DNA of 64,000 nucleotides from positions 44,240 to 108,239 of the forward strand of contig CAZUQJ010000001.1 of NCBI GenBank assembly GCA_964622505.1. The letters run 5' to 3'. Below, piece after piece: positions 1-9,775 of this stretch. The translations under genes were made by a program, and so were the position numbers. The notes under the pieces were generated by a model, which was given only the letters and a program-made list of their open reading frames with translations, had not been told where the DNA came from and did no database searches. This DNA comes from an uncultured Candidatus Saccharibacteria bacterium. Its GTDB lineage: Bacteria > Patescibacteriota > Minisyncoccia > Phycocordibacterales > UBA9973. Within the stretch, counting starts at the first letter, position 1, and every line of letters begins with the position of its first letter.

Positions 1-144
1 GATATTAAAAGTTTCTCAATAATGAAAAAGCACTACAAAGCATATGTAAACGGCTTCCCAGGTGCAAAGGAATTGAGAGTAAAATTAATGGAAACAAATA
101 ACGCAAAAGAAGTAGAAACCATAATAAAAGATTTCTTAGAATAG
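1..144 (+). CDS. tRNA-dihydrouridine synthase, C-terminal fragment (partial at window edge)
   Basis: Frame 1 reads DIKSFSIMKKHYKAYVNGFPGAKELRVKLM...FLE*; the KKH..Y..GF.GA.ELR pattern resembles the Dus C-terminus. Confidence 0.65.
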   Translation, partial: DIKSFSIMKKHYKAYVNGFPGAKELRVKLMETNNAKEVETIIKDFLE

Positions 145-264
145 TAAAATTGGACTTCGTAATTTATAAGGTTAGAATCATTTTGAACTTGGTATTCACT
201 AATAAGCCATAGTAGATTGACAAAAGCTTATATATATATTAGTATTTTAAAAAAATAGAATCCA

Positions 265-714
265 ATGAAAAGTGAAAATCCGTTACTTGAAAAACTTCGC
301 AAGGCCACTAACAAAGCTCAAGCAAAAGAAAAAACCAAAAATTTGCAATTGGAACAGTTTAATAAAGAAGAAACTGAGAATGATTTAAAAAACAAAGCCC
401 AAAATTTATATTTGGAATTCGTGACCAAAGAAAAGTTGACAGCTTTTGCAAATGAAAATCTTCACCAGTACCCTTTATTGTTTATTCATAATGATAAATA
501 TAGACCAAGAAAAAATAAAAAAACTGGTTATATATACCGTATTGATAAGCTTGGGGAGTTTCTGAGCGACATTCTGATTGAAAATGGTTTTGAGCCAAGT
601 GTTATGCGCGTTTCTGTTAATTCACGAACCGCTGAAATATCTTTAACGCAAAGAGAACATTGCTATAATGCGATGATTTCAGAGCCTGGATGGTATCTTG
701 GAATTGAGTGGTAA
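265..714 (+). CDS. hypothetical protein
   Basis: 149-aa ORF with upstream TTGACA and a downstream terminator; no motif recognised. Confidence 0.6.
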   Translation: MKSENPLLEKLRKATNKAQAKEKTKNLQLEQFNKEETENDLKNKAQNLYLEFVTKEKLTAFANENLHQYPLLFIHNDKYRPRKNKKTGYIYRIDKLGEFLSDILIENGFEPSVMRVSVNSRTAEISLTQREHCYNAMISEPGWYLGIEW

Positions 715-731
715 CTAATTTAGAAGATTTT

Positions 732-760
732 AAAAATCCCGTGCACACACGGGATTTTTT
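732..760 (+). terminator. intrinsic terminator
   Basis: AAAAATCCCGTG-cacac-ACGGGATTTTTT hairpin with T tail. Confidence 0.75.
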
Positions 761-775
761 GTTGGATGTGTAAAT

Positions 776-784
776 TGTGGATAA
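776..784 (-). promoter_or_regulatory. perfect DnaA box upstream of the pyr promoter
   Basis: TGTGGATAA is the reverse complement of TTATCCACA. Confidence 0.4.
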
Positions 785-830
785 GTTTTTGGAGATTTAG
801 GATACTGTGCTATACTTACCTTTAATGTAT

Positions 831-938
831 ATGGAAACAAAAAGCCCGATAAATCACACTCAAAAGCCGGTTTTTCGCTTCTGTATTTCTAATTTTAATA
901 ATTCTATTCCAGTCCCTAATATGGGGCTTTTATTTTAG
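831..938 (+). promoter_or_regulatory. putative pyr leader peptide / attenuator
   Basis: 35-codon T-rich ORF spanning the AGTCCC-taatat-GGGGCT-TTTATTTT hairpin and ending 8 nt before pyrC; TGcTATACT promoter at 808-816. Confidence 0.45.
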
Positions 939-946
939 TTAAATAT

Positions 947-2176
947 ATGACAATAATCGAAGGAATCATTGTGAATAAAAGTGAACAGATCCGAAAGCGG
1001 ATCGAGATTGATGATGTTACAGGATTAATTACAAAAGTTGGGGATCCTACTGGCGAGGCGGATATGGTGCTCAAAGATGAATTAATTTTCCCAGGATTTA
1101 TCGACTTGCATGTGCATGCTCGCGAAGATATAAGTGGTACACAAATGTATAAAGAAGATTTCCAAACAGCGGGCGAGGCTGCACTCAATGGAGGCGTAGT
1201 AGCATTTGCAGAAATGCCGAATAATCCTGTGCCTCCGGTAGATGATGAAAGTTATAATGCAAAAAAAGAATTGACCAAAAAATCTGCTGTAGAAATAATC
1301 CTCTACGCTGGCATCGGATCACAAACAAGTCCGCTTTCAAAAAATGTGCCGTACAAAGTCTTTATGGGGCAATCCATCGGTGACTTATTTTTCTCCACAC
1401 GCGAAGGTTTGGAAAATGCTCTGGCAAAATACAAAGGCTGTAATATCAGTTTCCACTGCGAGGACCCAAAGACCCTCAATGAATGTTGCGATGCAGATAC
1501 GCATGAACACAAGCGCCCACCGATGGCTGAAATATTGGCAGTAGATTTCGCCCTCGAGCTAATAGAGAAACATAATTTAAAAGGCAGAATATGTCATTGC
1601 TCGACAATGGAAGGTGTGAAGAAAATTATGGAAGCAAAAAAGCGTGGGGTAAATGTGACGGTGGAAGTTACCCCGCACCATTTATATTTTGACGAGACAA
1701 TGTTTACTGATAGTAATCACACATTATTTCAAGTGAACCCACCGATTAGACAAACAAAGGAGAATCGTTTGTACTTGATACAAGCACTCAAGAATGGCGA
1801 CATAGACCAACTCGGAACCGACCATGCACCACATACTATAGAGGAGAAGGAGAAAGGTATGTCGGGGCTCACACATCTGGATACTTTTGGAAACTGTGTA
1901 TCATGGCTGATAAAGGAGCATAATTTTACTCCACAAGAAATTGCACGAGTATGCTCGGAGAATCCAGCCAAATTTATAAATGAATTTACGGCGGGCAAGT
2001 ATGGAAAGATTGAAGTTGGGTATGTGGGTTCGTTCTCAATAATAGATATGAATAAACCGATCACAATCGAGAGTGCGAATTTAAAAACAAAATGTAAATG
2101 GTCGCCGTTTCTAGGAGTAGAATTCCCAGGGAGTACAGTTGCAATAATAATAAAGGGTAAAATTTATGCAAAATAA
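947..2176 (+). CDS. pyrC: dihydroorotase
   Basis: PGFIDLHVH, EMPN, EVTPHHL, NPPIR and TDHAPH motifs; adjacent to carAB. Confidence 0.9.
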   Translation: MTIIEGIIVNKSEQIRKRIEIDDVTGLITKVGDPTGEADMVLKDELIFPGFIDLHVHAREDISGTQMYKEDFQTAGEAALNGGVVAFAEMPNNPVPPVDDESYNAKKELTKKSAVEIILYAGIGSQTSPLSKNVPYKVFMGQSIGDLFFSTREGLENALAKYKGCNISFHCEDPKTLNECCDADTHEHKRPPMAEILAVDFALELIEKHNLKGRICHCSTMEGVKKIMEAKKRGVNVTVEVTPHHLYFDETMFTDSNHTLFQVNPPIRQTKENRLYLIQALKNGDIDQLGTDHAPHTIEEKEKGMSGLTHLDTFGNCVSWLIKEHNFTPQEIARVCSENPAKFINEFTAGKYGKIEVGYVGSFSIIDMNKPITIESANLKTKCKWSPFLGVEFPGSTVAIIIKGKIYAK

Positions 2177-3218
2177 AAAAACAAAATTACAATTTAAAGA
2201 CGGGAGTGTGTACGAGGGTGTAAGCTTCGGTGCTGAGCAATCTATCTCGGGTGAAGTAGTATTTGCTACAGGCATGGTGGGCTACCCCGAGGCGATTACT
2301 GATCCATCTTTTGCAGGGCAAATACTTGTAATGACTTACCCTTTGATTGGGAACTATGGTGTTCCGGACAAGAGTAAATGGGAATCTGAGAAAATCCAAA
2401 TTAGAGGTTTGGTTGTGTCGACTTACAACGAAACTCCATCTCACTCTACTTCTGTACAAACTTTAGCAGAGTGGCTCAAGTCAGAAAATATTCCCGGACT
2501 CGAGATAAAGGATACAAGAGCTCTTACTCAAAAACTCCGTATGGAAGGCTCCAAGCTCGGGAAGATTGTTTTTAATAATAATAAAATTAATTTTGAGGAT
2601 CCGAACGATAGGAATTTGGCAATGGAGGTCAGCACAAAAGAAATTAAAACTTACAATATAAAAGGCAAAAAGACTGTTATAGTTATAGATTGTGGTAATA
2701 AGGAAAATATAATAAAGAGATTAGTGGCACGTAATATGAAAGTAGTAGTAGTACCGTGGGATACAGATGTAATGAAGCTCGATATTAAATTTGATGCGGT
2801 GCTGATATCTAACGGTCCTGGTGATCCGAAAAAAGTGCAAGCAACTATAAAAAATGTGAAGAAAATTATTGCTAAAAAAATACCAACATTTGGAATATGT
2901 TTAGGCAACCAAATCTTGACGCTCGCTTGTGGTGGTACAACATACAAAATGAAATTTGGTCATCGTAGCCAGAATCAGCCAGTAGTCCTCTCTGGAACAA
3001 ACAGTTGTTACTTAACAACACAAAATCACGGCTTCGCTGTAAAGAAAATTCCCAAAGATTTCAAAGTCTGGTTTACAAATGCCAACGACAATACCAATGA
3101 AGGCATTATCCACAAAACTCTACCAATAATGAGTGTACAATTCCACCCTGAAGCAACCCCAGGCCCAAATGACACTGATTGGATATTTGATTACTTCTTT
3201 AAGAAAGCCAAAATATAA
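2166..3218 (+). CDS. carA: carbamoyl-phosphate synthase small subunit
   Basis: GEVVFATGMVGY, SNGPGDP, GICLG, QNHGF, SVQFHPE. Confidence 0.97.
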   Translation: MQNKKTKLQFKDGSVYEGVSFGAEQSISGEVVFATGMVGYPEAITDPSFAGQILVMTYPLIGNYGVPDKSKWESEKIQIRGLVVSTYNETPSHSTSVQTLAEWLKSENIPGLEIKDTRALTQKLRMEGSKLGKIVFNNNKINFEDPNDRNLAMEVSTKEIKTYNIKGKKTVIVIDCGNKENIIKRLVARNMKVVVVPWDTDVMKLDIKFDAVLISNGPGDPKKVQATIKNVKKIIAKKIPTFGICLGNQILTLACGGTTYKMKFGHRSQNQPVVLSGTNSCYLTTQNHGFAVKKIPKDFKVWFTNANDNTNEGIIHKTLPIMSVQFHPEATPGPNDTDWIFDYFFKKAKI

Positions 3219-3219
3219 T

Positions 3220-6200
3220 ATGAAAAATACTACTTACAAAAAAATATTAGTACTCGGTTCAGGCGCTCTGAAGATTGGTGAAGCAGGGGAATTTGATTAT
3301 TCTGGAAGTCAGGCAATCAAGGCATTGAAAGAAGAAAAGATAAAAGTTATTTTAATCAATCCAAACATCGCTACATACCAAACTTCCAAAGATTTGGCTG
3401 ACGAAGTATACTTCCTACCTGTCAATGATTATTTCGTAGAGAAAGTAATTGCAAAAGAACGCCCAGATGGAATCATGCTTTCATTTGGAGGGCAAACAGC
3501 GCTCAACTGCGGACTACTACTTGAGTCACGTGGTATTTTGAAAAAGTACAAAGTGGCAGTACTTGGTAGTCCTGTAGCATCTATTGAGCTTACAGAAGAT
3601 CGGCAAATGTTTGCCGATCATTTACGCAAGCTTGGCGTTGCTGTCCCACCATCTGGAACTGCAACCAATTTTAAAGAAGCGGAAAAAATTGCAAACACAA
3701 TTGGATATCCACTTATGGTGCGCGCGGCATTTGCACTTGGTGGGCAGAAGTCAGGTGTAGCATACAATGCAAAAGATCTAAAAGAAATTGTCGATGGGGC
3801 CCTTGCTATATCGAACCAAGTCTTGATCGAGAAATATCTGCACCACTTTAAAGAAATAGAATACGAGGTAGTCCGCGACAAGTTCGACAACACAATTACT
3901 GTATGTAATATGGAAAACTTTGATCCGCTTGGTATCCATACCGGCGACTCAATCGTGATCGCGCCGAGTCAGACTTTATCAAACGATGAATATCATGGTT
4001 TGCGTGAGGTAAGTATCAAGATAGTAAAGAGCTTGAAGATAGTTGGTGAGTGTAATGTGCAGTATGCATTGAATCCAAATCCGAAAAACGGGGAGTTGGA
4101 CTACTACGTCATCGAAGTCAACGCACGCCTTTCACGCTCAAGTGCATTGGCAAGTAAAGCCACCGGGTATCCACTGGCGTATGTGGCTGCCAAATTGGCA
4201 CTCGGTAAGAGCTTGCTCGAAATCAAAAACAAAATTACCGAGGTGACTCAGAGCTTCTTTGAGCCGGCTCTCGACTATGTGGTGGTCAAGATGCCTCGTT
4301 GGGATCTGATCAAGTTCAAAGGAGCATATGAAGAGATTGGTAGCGCGATGAAGTCGGTGGGTGAGGTCATGGCCATAGGCCGAACATTTGAAGAAGCTCT
4401 ACAAAAAGCTGTCCGAATGCAATCAGGTAATGTGGAAAGCATTACAGACAATAACTTCAAAGACAAAAAGGAAATTACAAAATATCTATATACTCCAACT
4501 CCAAACAGACTTTTTGCAGTAGCAAATTCAATGCTTCAAGGTATGTCTGTGGATGCTGTTCACAAAATCACCGGTATTGATAAATGGTTCCTCTATCGAT
4601 TGGAAAATATTGTGCATATAGAACAGAATCTAAAGAAGAGTAAGAAATTGGACCATGATACAATGCTCAATCTAAAACAAACGGGGGCTTCGGATAAAAA
4701 GATCGGACAGTTGTGTGGCAAAACAGAATTTGAGATTCGCAAAGTGCGAAAGAATTTAAATATAATGCCAAGCGTTTTCCAGATTGATACGTTGGCTGGC
4801 GAAATTCCTGCACGTACAAACTATCTATACCTGACTTACCACGGTAGTCACCATGACGTGGCGCCACTTGGTGCCAATGCTGTAGCTGTGCTCGGTAGTG
4901 GGCCGTACCATATTGGATCTTCTGTTGAGTTCGACTGGTCATCTGTGAATGCAGCGCTTGCGCTCAAAAAGCATAAAAAGCAGTCAATTATTGTAAACTG
5001 CAATCCGGAGACTGTATCAACTGATTATGACATGTCCGACAGATTGTATTTTGAAAATATTTCTTTTGAAACTGTGGCAGATATTTATGAATTCGAGAAG
5101 GCACTTGGATTGATAATCTCTGTTGGAGGACAAAGGCCAAATAATTTGGCCAACAAACTAAATCGTGAAGGATATAATATTCTCGGTACAAAAGCCGAGG
5201 ACATTGATCGCGCAGAAGACCGCAACAAATTCTCGGCATTACTCGACAAGCTCGATATCGCTCAGCCAGAATGGCAAAGCTTTACCAATATCAAAGAAGC
5301 CGAGAAGTTCGCAAACAAAGAGGGCTACCCAGTGCTCGTGCGCCCATCTTATGTATTATCTGGAAGTGCGATGAATATTTGCTATAGCAAGGCCGAGCTT
5401 TATGACTTCGTTACCAAGGCTGCGGTTCTGTCCCCAGAATACCCGGTAACAATTTCCAAATTTATCGAGAATGCAAAAGAGCTTGAGTTCGATGCTGTCG
5501 CGCAAAAAGGGCAAGTAATGATTTATGGCATATCGGAGCATGTGGAGAATGCAGGAGTCCACTCTGGTGACGCGACTATAGTGTACCCAACACAGCGTGT
5601 ATATGCATCAACAGAATTCCAACTGCAAGAAATTTCCAAGAAAATTGCAAAAGAATTAAATATTACAGGTCCATTCAACATCCAATTTCTCGTGAAAGAC
5701 AATCGCCCTATGGTGATCGAGGTCAACGTCCGTGCGTCGCGCACATTCCCATTGCTTTCAAAAGCGATGGATGCCAATTTCCCCGAAATTGCAGTGGATT
5801 CATTTTTTGGACATGCTTCCAAACACGAATATGTTTATCCGAATAGTGTGGTGGTGAAGTCTTCACAATTCTCTTTCTCCCGACTCCTTGGCGCGGACCC
5901 AGTATTGCGCGTTGAAATGTCTTCGACTGGCGAGGTGGCCTGCTTTGGTAAAGATTACGACGAAGCCTTGCTCAAGTCAGTGCTATCTGCAAATAAATTT
6001 GATTTCAATAAAAAGGCTGTACTATTCTCACTCGGAGGACTTGTAAACAAAGCCAAGTTCCTCGAAGCTGCCAATTCAATGGCAATCCTCGGCTACAAAA
6101 TTTATGCGACAGATTCGACTGCGGAATTTTTCAAAAAGCACAACATCGATTGTCATGTGGTCAAAAAAGCTCACCAAGGTACTCCAAATGTCCTCGATAT

Positions 6201-6429
6201 TATCGATGGCAAAAAGGTAGCCTTTGTTGTAAACTTAAGTGATACAGTACACAAAGAGGGACACTCAGATAAAGTAATGACCGATGGCTATCGTATCCGC
6301 CGTGCAACAGTCGACAATCAGATCCCACTTTTTACCGATCTTCATTTAGCAAGAGCATTCGTCAAAGCTTTGGCCCATTACAATATTGATGATTTAGAAA
6401 TAAAATCTTATAAGGAGTATTTGAATTAA
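3220..6429 (+). CDS. carB: carbamoyl-phosphate synthase large subunit
   Basis: LGSG..IG.AGEFDYSG, two ATP-grasp halves and an MGS domain; start moved to ATG 3220. Confidence 0.97.
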   Translation: MKNTTYKKILVLGSGALKIGEAGEFDYSGSQAIKALKEEKIKVILINPNIATYQTSKDLADEVYFLPVNDYFVEKVIAKERPDGIMLSFGGQTALNCGLLLESRGILKKYKVAVLGSPVASIELTEDRQMFADHLRKLGVAVPPSGTATNFKEAEKIANTIGYPLMVRAAFALGGQKSGVAYNAKDLKEIVDGALAISNQVLIEKYLHHFKEIEYEVVRDKFDNTITVCNMENFDPLGIHTGDSIVIAPSQTLSNDEYHGLREVSIKIVKSLKIVGECNVQYALNPNPKNGELDYYVIEVNARLSRSSALASKATGYPLAYVAAKLALGKSLLEIKNKITEVTQSFFEPALDYVVVKMPRWDLIKFKGAYEEIGSAMKSVGEVMAIGRTFEEALQKAVRMQSGNVESITDNNFKDKKEITKYLYTPTPNRLFAVANSMLQGMSVDAVHKITGIDKWFLYRLENIVHIEQNLKKSKKLDHDTMLNLKQTGASDKKIGQLCGKTEFEIRKVRKNLNIMPSVFQIDTLAGEIPARTNYLYLTYHGSHHDVAPLGANAVAVLGSGPYHIGSSVEFDWSSVNAALALKKHKKQSIIVNCNPETVSTDYDMSDRLYFENISFETVADIYEFEKALGLIISVGGQRPNNLANKLNREGYNILGTKAEDIDRAEDRNKFSALLDKLDIAQPEWQSFTNIKEAEKFANKEGYPVLVRPSYVLSGSAMNICYSKAELYDFVTKAAVLSPEYPVTISKFIENAKELEFDAVAQKGQVMIYGISEHVENAGVHSGDATIVYPTQRVYASTEFQLQEISKKIAKELNITGPFNIQFLVKDNRPMVIEVNVRASRTFPLLSKAMDANFPEIAVDSFFGHASKHEYVYPNSVVVKSSQFSFSRLLGADPVLRVEMSSTGEVACFGKDYDEALLKSVLSANKFDFNKKAVLFSLGGLVNKAKFLEAANSMAILGYKIYATDSTAEFFKKHNIDCHVVKKAHQGTPNVLDIIDGKKVAFVVNLSDTVHKEGHSDKVMTDGYRIRRATVDNQIPLFTDLHLARAFVKALAHYNIDDLEIKSYKEYLN

Positions 6430-6433
6430 AATA

Positions 6434-6958
6434 ATGAATAAAAAATTTAAAATAATTATTTTTTTATTGGGAATACTTCCTTTTCTCTATTTATTATTTG
6501 TATATTCTTCTTTTTTTTTCCGAATCGATGATAGATTGAGGATAAAGCAAGAAACTATTAGATTTCATAAAAATACAGTAGAATACAATTCTACTGTTGA
6601 TAAGATTTTGGAGAAAAATCCTGTTGAATATTGTGGAAAATCTCGTAATCGTACTCAAACTTATGTTGAAAATTATGGAGTCATAATAAACTGTGTACCT
6701 GAATATAAAAATCATGAAGAAGATCTAGACACAGGTATGTATATTATTTTTCCGTCTTGGTGGCAACCAGCTGCGGGTAGCATGGGAGGATGTTTTACGG
6801 GTTTATTTTGGAGTAATGCAAAAGTACCTGGATCATATGTGATGAGACAAGAAACAAGCGGAGTGCCTATAATTAAAAAAATTACTCAAAATTGGTATGC
6901 TTTTTCTTATGTTTCTATTTCAGAATGTAATTCAAAAAATAAACATCTTATTTTTTAG
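6434..6958 (+). CDS. hypothetical membrane-anchored protein
   Basis: N-terminal TM helix; very AT-rich; inserted in the pyr cluster. Confidence 0.6.
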   Translation: MNKKFKIIIFLLGILPFLYLLFVYSSFFFRIDDRLRIKQETIRFHKNTVEYNSTVDKILEKNPVEYCGKSRNRTQTYVENYGVIINCVPEYKNHEEDLDTGMYIIFPSWWQPAAGSMGGCFTGLFWSNAKVPGSYVMRQETSGVPIIKKITQNWYAFSYVSISECNSKNKHLIF

Positions 6959-6969
6959 TAGTATTTTGT

Positions 6970-6999
6970 TATTCTCTTATTCGTGCGAATATGTGAATA
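6970..6999. promoter_or_regulatory. degenerate copy of a 30-bp palindrome (candidate ArsR operator)
   Basis: TATTCTCTTATTCGTGCGAATATGTGAATA, 26/30 identical to 7311-7340. Confidence 0.5.
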
Positions 7000-7024
7000 A
7001 GAATGCAGGTGGTATACTATTTAT

Positions 7025-7285
7025 ATGAAAGAGCAAGAGAAAATACTTAAGGCTTTGGCGAATCATCGTCGATTGCAAATTGTTAAATATATTAAAGAGC
7101 AAAAGCAGGCGACTGTGGGTGCTGTGGCGGGGCATATTAAATTGTCTTTTAAATCCACTTCCAAACATTTAATGGTTTTGCACAATGCAGGGATTTTGGA
7201 TAAAGAGCAAAAAGCGCTTTTGGTATTTTACTCTATATCCAAATCATTACCAAGAATCGCCAAGCAAATTATTGATGTAATTTAG
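7025..7285 (+). CDS. ArsR/SmtB-family transcriptional regulator
   Basis: LKALAN..RLQI...TV..VA....LS....SKHL..L..AG winged HTH. Confidence 0.88.
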   Translation: MKEQEKILKALANHRRLQIVKYIKEQKQATVGAVAGHIKLSFKSTSKHLMVLHNAGILDKEQKALLVFYSISKSLPRIAKQIIDVI

Positions 7286-7310
7286 TGATTTTCCGTGTTG
7301 ATTGTTTTAC

Positions 7311-7340
7311 TATTCGCTTATTCGTACGAATAAGCGAATA
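7311..7340. promoter_or_regulatory. perfect 30-bp palindrome upstream of pyrB
   Basis: TATTCGCTTATTCGT|ACGAATAAGCGAATA. Confidence 0.55.
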
Positions 7341-7407
7341 AGAAATTGTGAATGGATATTTTATTAAAATAGGTGTAAAATATAGGCTAGTTAATAATTA
7401 CAATTTT

Positions 7408-8337
7408 ATGCGTCACATACTAAACACAAATCAATTCAAAAAAGAAGACATTGAACAAATCTTTTCTACAATTCCAAAGATGGAGGAGTTGTGTGAGAAT
7501 TTGAAAAAGGGTACTCGTATCGAGCGTCCTCTTGAAGGCAAGATTATTGCTTGCGTATTCTTTGAGCCATCGACACGTACTCGGCTCTCTTTCGAGACAG
7601 CAAGTTTGCGACTCGGGGCAAAGGTGATCTCTGCCGAAAATGCTTCCGAGAATTCTTCGGCTCATAAAGGCGAAACTCTCGAGGATACTGCTCGGACGCT
7701 TTCGTGCTATGCCGATGCTATTGTGACTCGGCACTACCAAATGGGTGCGGCGGAATCTATGTCGCATTCTTCGACCGTACCGATTATCAATGCAGGCGAT
7801 GGGGCAAACCAGCACCCTTCACAAGGTTTGCTTGATTTATATACTATACAAAGTGAGCATGGGCGATTGGAGAATTTGAAAGTTGCGTTTGTTGGTGATG
7901 TACTCAACAGTCGTACACTTCGATCGCTTGTACCACTATTGATGCTATACCCAGGCAATACATTTTATTTTATCTCACCAAAGGAGCTTAAGCTCGATGA
8001 GAACTATAGGAAATTCCTACAAGATAACAATGTCAAATTTGAAGAGCTCGACAATCTCGACGGCACGCTTCCAGAAGTAGATGTGCTCTATATGACACGT
8101 GTACAAAAAGAACGATTTGCAAACGAGGCCGATTATGAAAAAGTAAAAGATTTGTTCCTACTAACACCAGAGCATGTTGCGCAATTGAAAGGCGACGCAA
8201 TCATAATGCACCCGCTCCCAAGAATAAATGAGATCGACCCCGAAATTGACAGTGATTCAAGAGCAGCCTACTTCCGCCAAGCCCAAAACGGCCTGTATGT
8301 CCGCATGGCATTACTACTTTATGTGTTTGGGTTATAG
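7408..8337 (+). CDS. pyrB: aspartate carbamoyltransferase
   Basis: FFEPSTRTRLSF, INAGDG, HPSQ, YMTRVQKER, MHPLPR; start at ATG 7408. Confidence 0.96.
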   Translation: MRHILNTNQFKKEDIEQIFSTIPKMEELCENLKKGTRIERPLEGKIIACVFFEPSTRTRLSFETASLRLGAKVISAENASENSSAHKGETLEDTARTLSCYADAIVTRHYQMGAAESMSHSSTVPIINAGDGANQHPSQGLLDLYTIQSEHGRLENLKVAFVGDVLNSRTLRSLVPLLMLYPGNTFYFISPKELKLDENYRKFLQDNNVKFEELDNLDGTLPEVDVLYMTRVQKERFANEADYEKVKDLFLLTPEHVAQLKGDAIIMHPLPRINEIDPEIDSDSRAAYFRQAQNGLYVRMALLLYVFGL

Positions 8338-8340
8338 AAT

Positions 8341-8721
8341 ATGAAATTACATCATGTAGCTCTGACAATTAAAGATTTGAACATTTCGCTTCCGTTTTAT
8401 GAAAATAATTTTGGATTCAAGGAGGTGAATCGTTTTCGTCGTGATGATATGGGTGCTACAGGAGTAATGCTTGCAGGTGAAAATATTAATATAGAACTTT
8501 GGCAGTTTGATGTTTTTAAAGAGGGAGCAAAAGAGGATTTGTCGGTGGGTGGAATTAAACACATTGCATTTACAGTCGACGATGTCGAAGATTTGCATAA
8601 AAAATTTACTGATAAAGGTATTGTTTGTGGAAATATAAAAACTGGTGCAAGCGGTGGCATATACTTTTTCCTAAAAGACCCAGATGGAAATGATATTGAA
8701 ATCTATAAACCAAATAACTAA
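8341..8721 (+). CDS. VOC/glyoxalase family protein
   Basis: LHHVAL...FY...FGF, HIAFTVDD, FLKDPDGNDIEI. Confidence 0.9.
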   Translation: MKLHHVALTIKDLNISLPFYENNFGFKEVNRFRRDDMGATGVMLAGENINIELWQFDVFKEGAKEDLSVGGIKHIAFTVDDVEDLHKKFTDKGIVCGNIKTGASGGIYFFLKDPDGNDIEIYKPNN

Positions 8722-8739
8722 TGCATAAATTTAAATTGT

Positions 8740-8773
8740 AAAAAGGTCCGGGGATTTCTCGCCGGACCTTTTT
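8740..8773. terminator. bidirectional terminator
   Basis: AAAAAGGTCCGG...CCGGACCTTTTT between convergent genes. Confidence 0.75.
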
Positions 8774-8777
8774 GACT

Positions 8778-9383
8778 TTATTTTTTCTCTTCTTTATTTT
8801 CGTAAAAATATTTATGAACATCAGCCTCATACCATGCTGGTGGTACTTTTTTCTGGAACCAAACACTGTTCTGGAAATTATCTAGATCAGTAGCAATTTT
8901 CCAAGCAAATGTTAACAAGAAAATGACTGAAAAAACAGAGAAAGCACCAATAGAAATATCTTGTTCATAATTAAAAGATAATGCAAGAAATGCAAGAAAG
9001 AAAGAAGGTGCCCCTATCAATAAATGTATTTTAATAGGTAATTGTTCGTCGCGATAAGTTAAAAATTCCCTCATCTCATTTTGAACAACAGATCTTGATA
9101 TTTTTTGATACTGGTAGAAAACAGAGTTTACTGCCATAAATGCAAATAAAGCATATCCACTTCCCGCCATGGGAGCGATCATGAATAGAATTACTTCATT
9201 TGCATGTTTACTGAAGTGAATATCGAGGGGATATAATATATATCTCCAAAATAACATAAATATTATTGCGATAAGCATTGATTCTAGTACGATAGGAGAG
9301 TGCTTTTTTATTAAGTTCCAACTTCTGTTCTCAGGTATAAAATTTGGGGTGGGTATTTTTGGGGTACTTTTTCTATCTTTCAT
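8778..9383 (-). CDS. hypothetical 4-TM membrane protein
   Basis: 201-aa ORF with four hydrophobic segments. Confidence 0.65.
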   Translation of the reverse strand: MKDRKSTPKIPTPNFIPENRSWNLIKKHSPIVLESMLIAIIFMLFWRYILYPLDIHFSKHANEVILFMIAPMAGSGYALFAFMAVNSVFYQYQKISRSVVQNEMREFLTYRDEQLPIKIHLLIGAPSFFLAFLALSFNYEQDISIGAFSVFSVIFLLTFAWKIATDLDNFQNSVWFQKKVPPAWYEADVHKYFYENKEEKK

Positions 9384-9502
9384 TTTTTTTAGTTTTTTTA
9401 CATACTAAAACAAAAATCATATTTAGTCAATTTTTTAAAAATTACCTAAAAATAAAACAAACCGCTTTATTTAATAATATGGCGGTTTGTTATTTAGTTT
9501 AT

Positions 9503-9664
9503 TCATAAAGCATCTCTATTTAAGAGCTTTTTGAACAACTTTTTTATATGCTGTGGAATTTTTGTTTTTGTTCCAGGCTTGTTGGGTTCTTTTTGTGGCA
9601 GACTGTAGTTGTCTTCTTCCTGTGTGTAAACCCCGTCCACACCTAATTTCAATTTTGTACTCAT
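9503..9664 (-). CDS. possible small protein (53 aa)
   Basis: Manual translation MSTKLKLGVDGVYTQEEDNYSLPQKEP...RDAL*; below the ORF-track cutoff. Confidence 0.3.
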   Translation of the reverse strand: MSTKLKLGVDGVYTQEEDNYSLPQKEPNKPGTKTKIPQHIKKLFKKLLNRDAL

Positions 9665-9775
9665 GGTGTTTACTTTTTATTTCACCATACCATACTGCAG
9701 ATATTAGTCAATCCTGTCGCTCGCGAGTGACGGGATTAATTTTTTTGTTTTACATTTATTTGCTATACTACAAGG

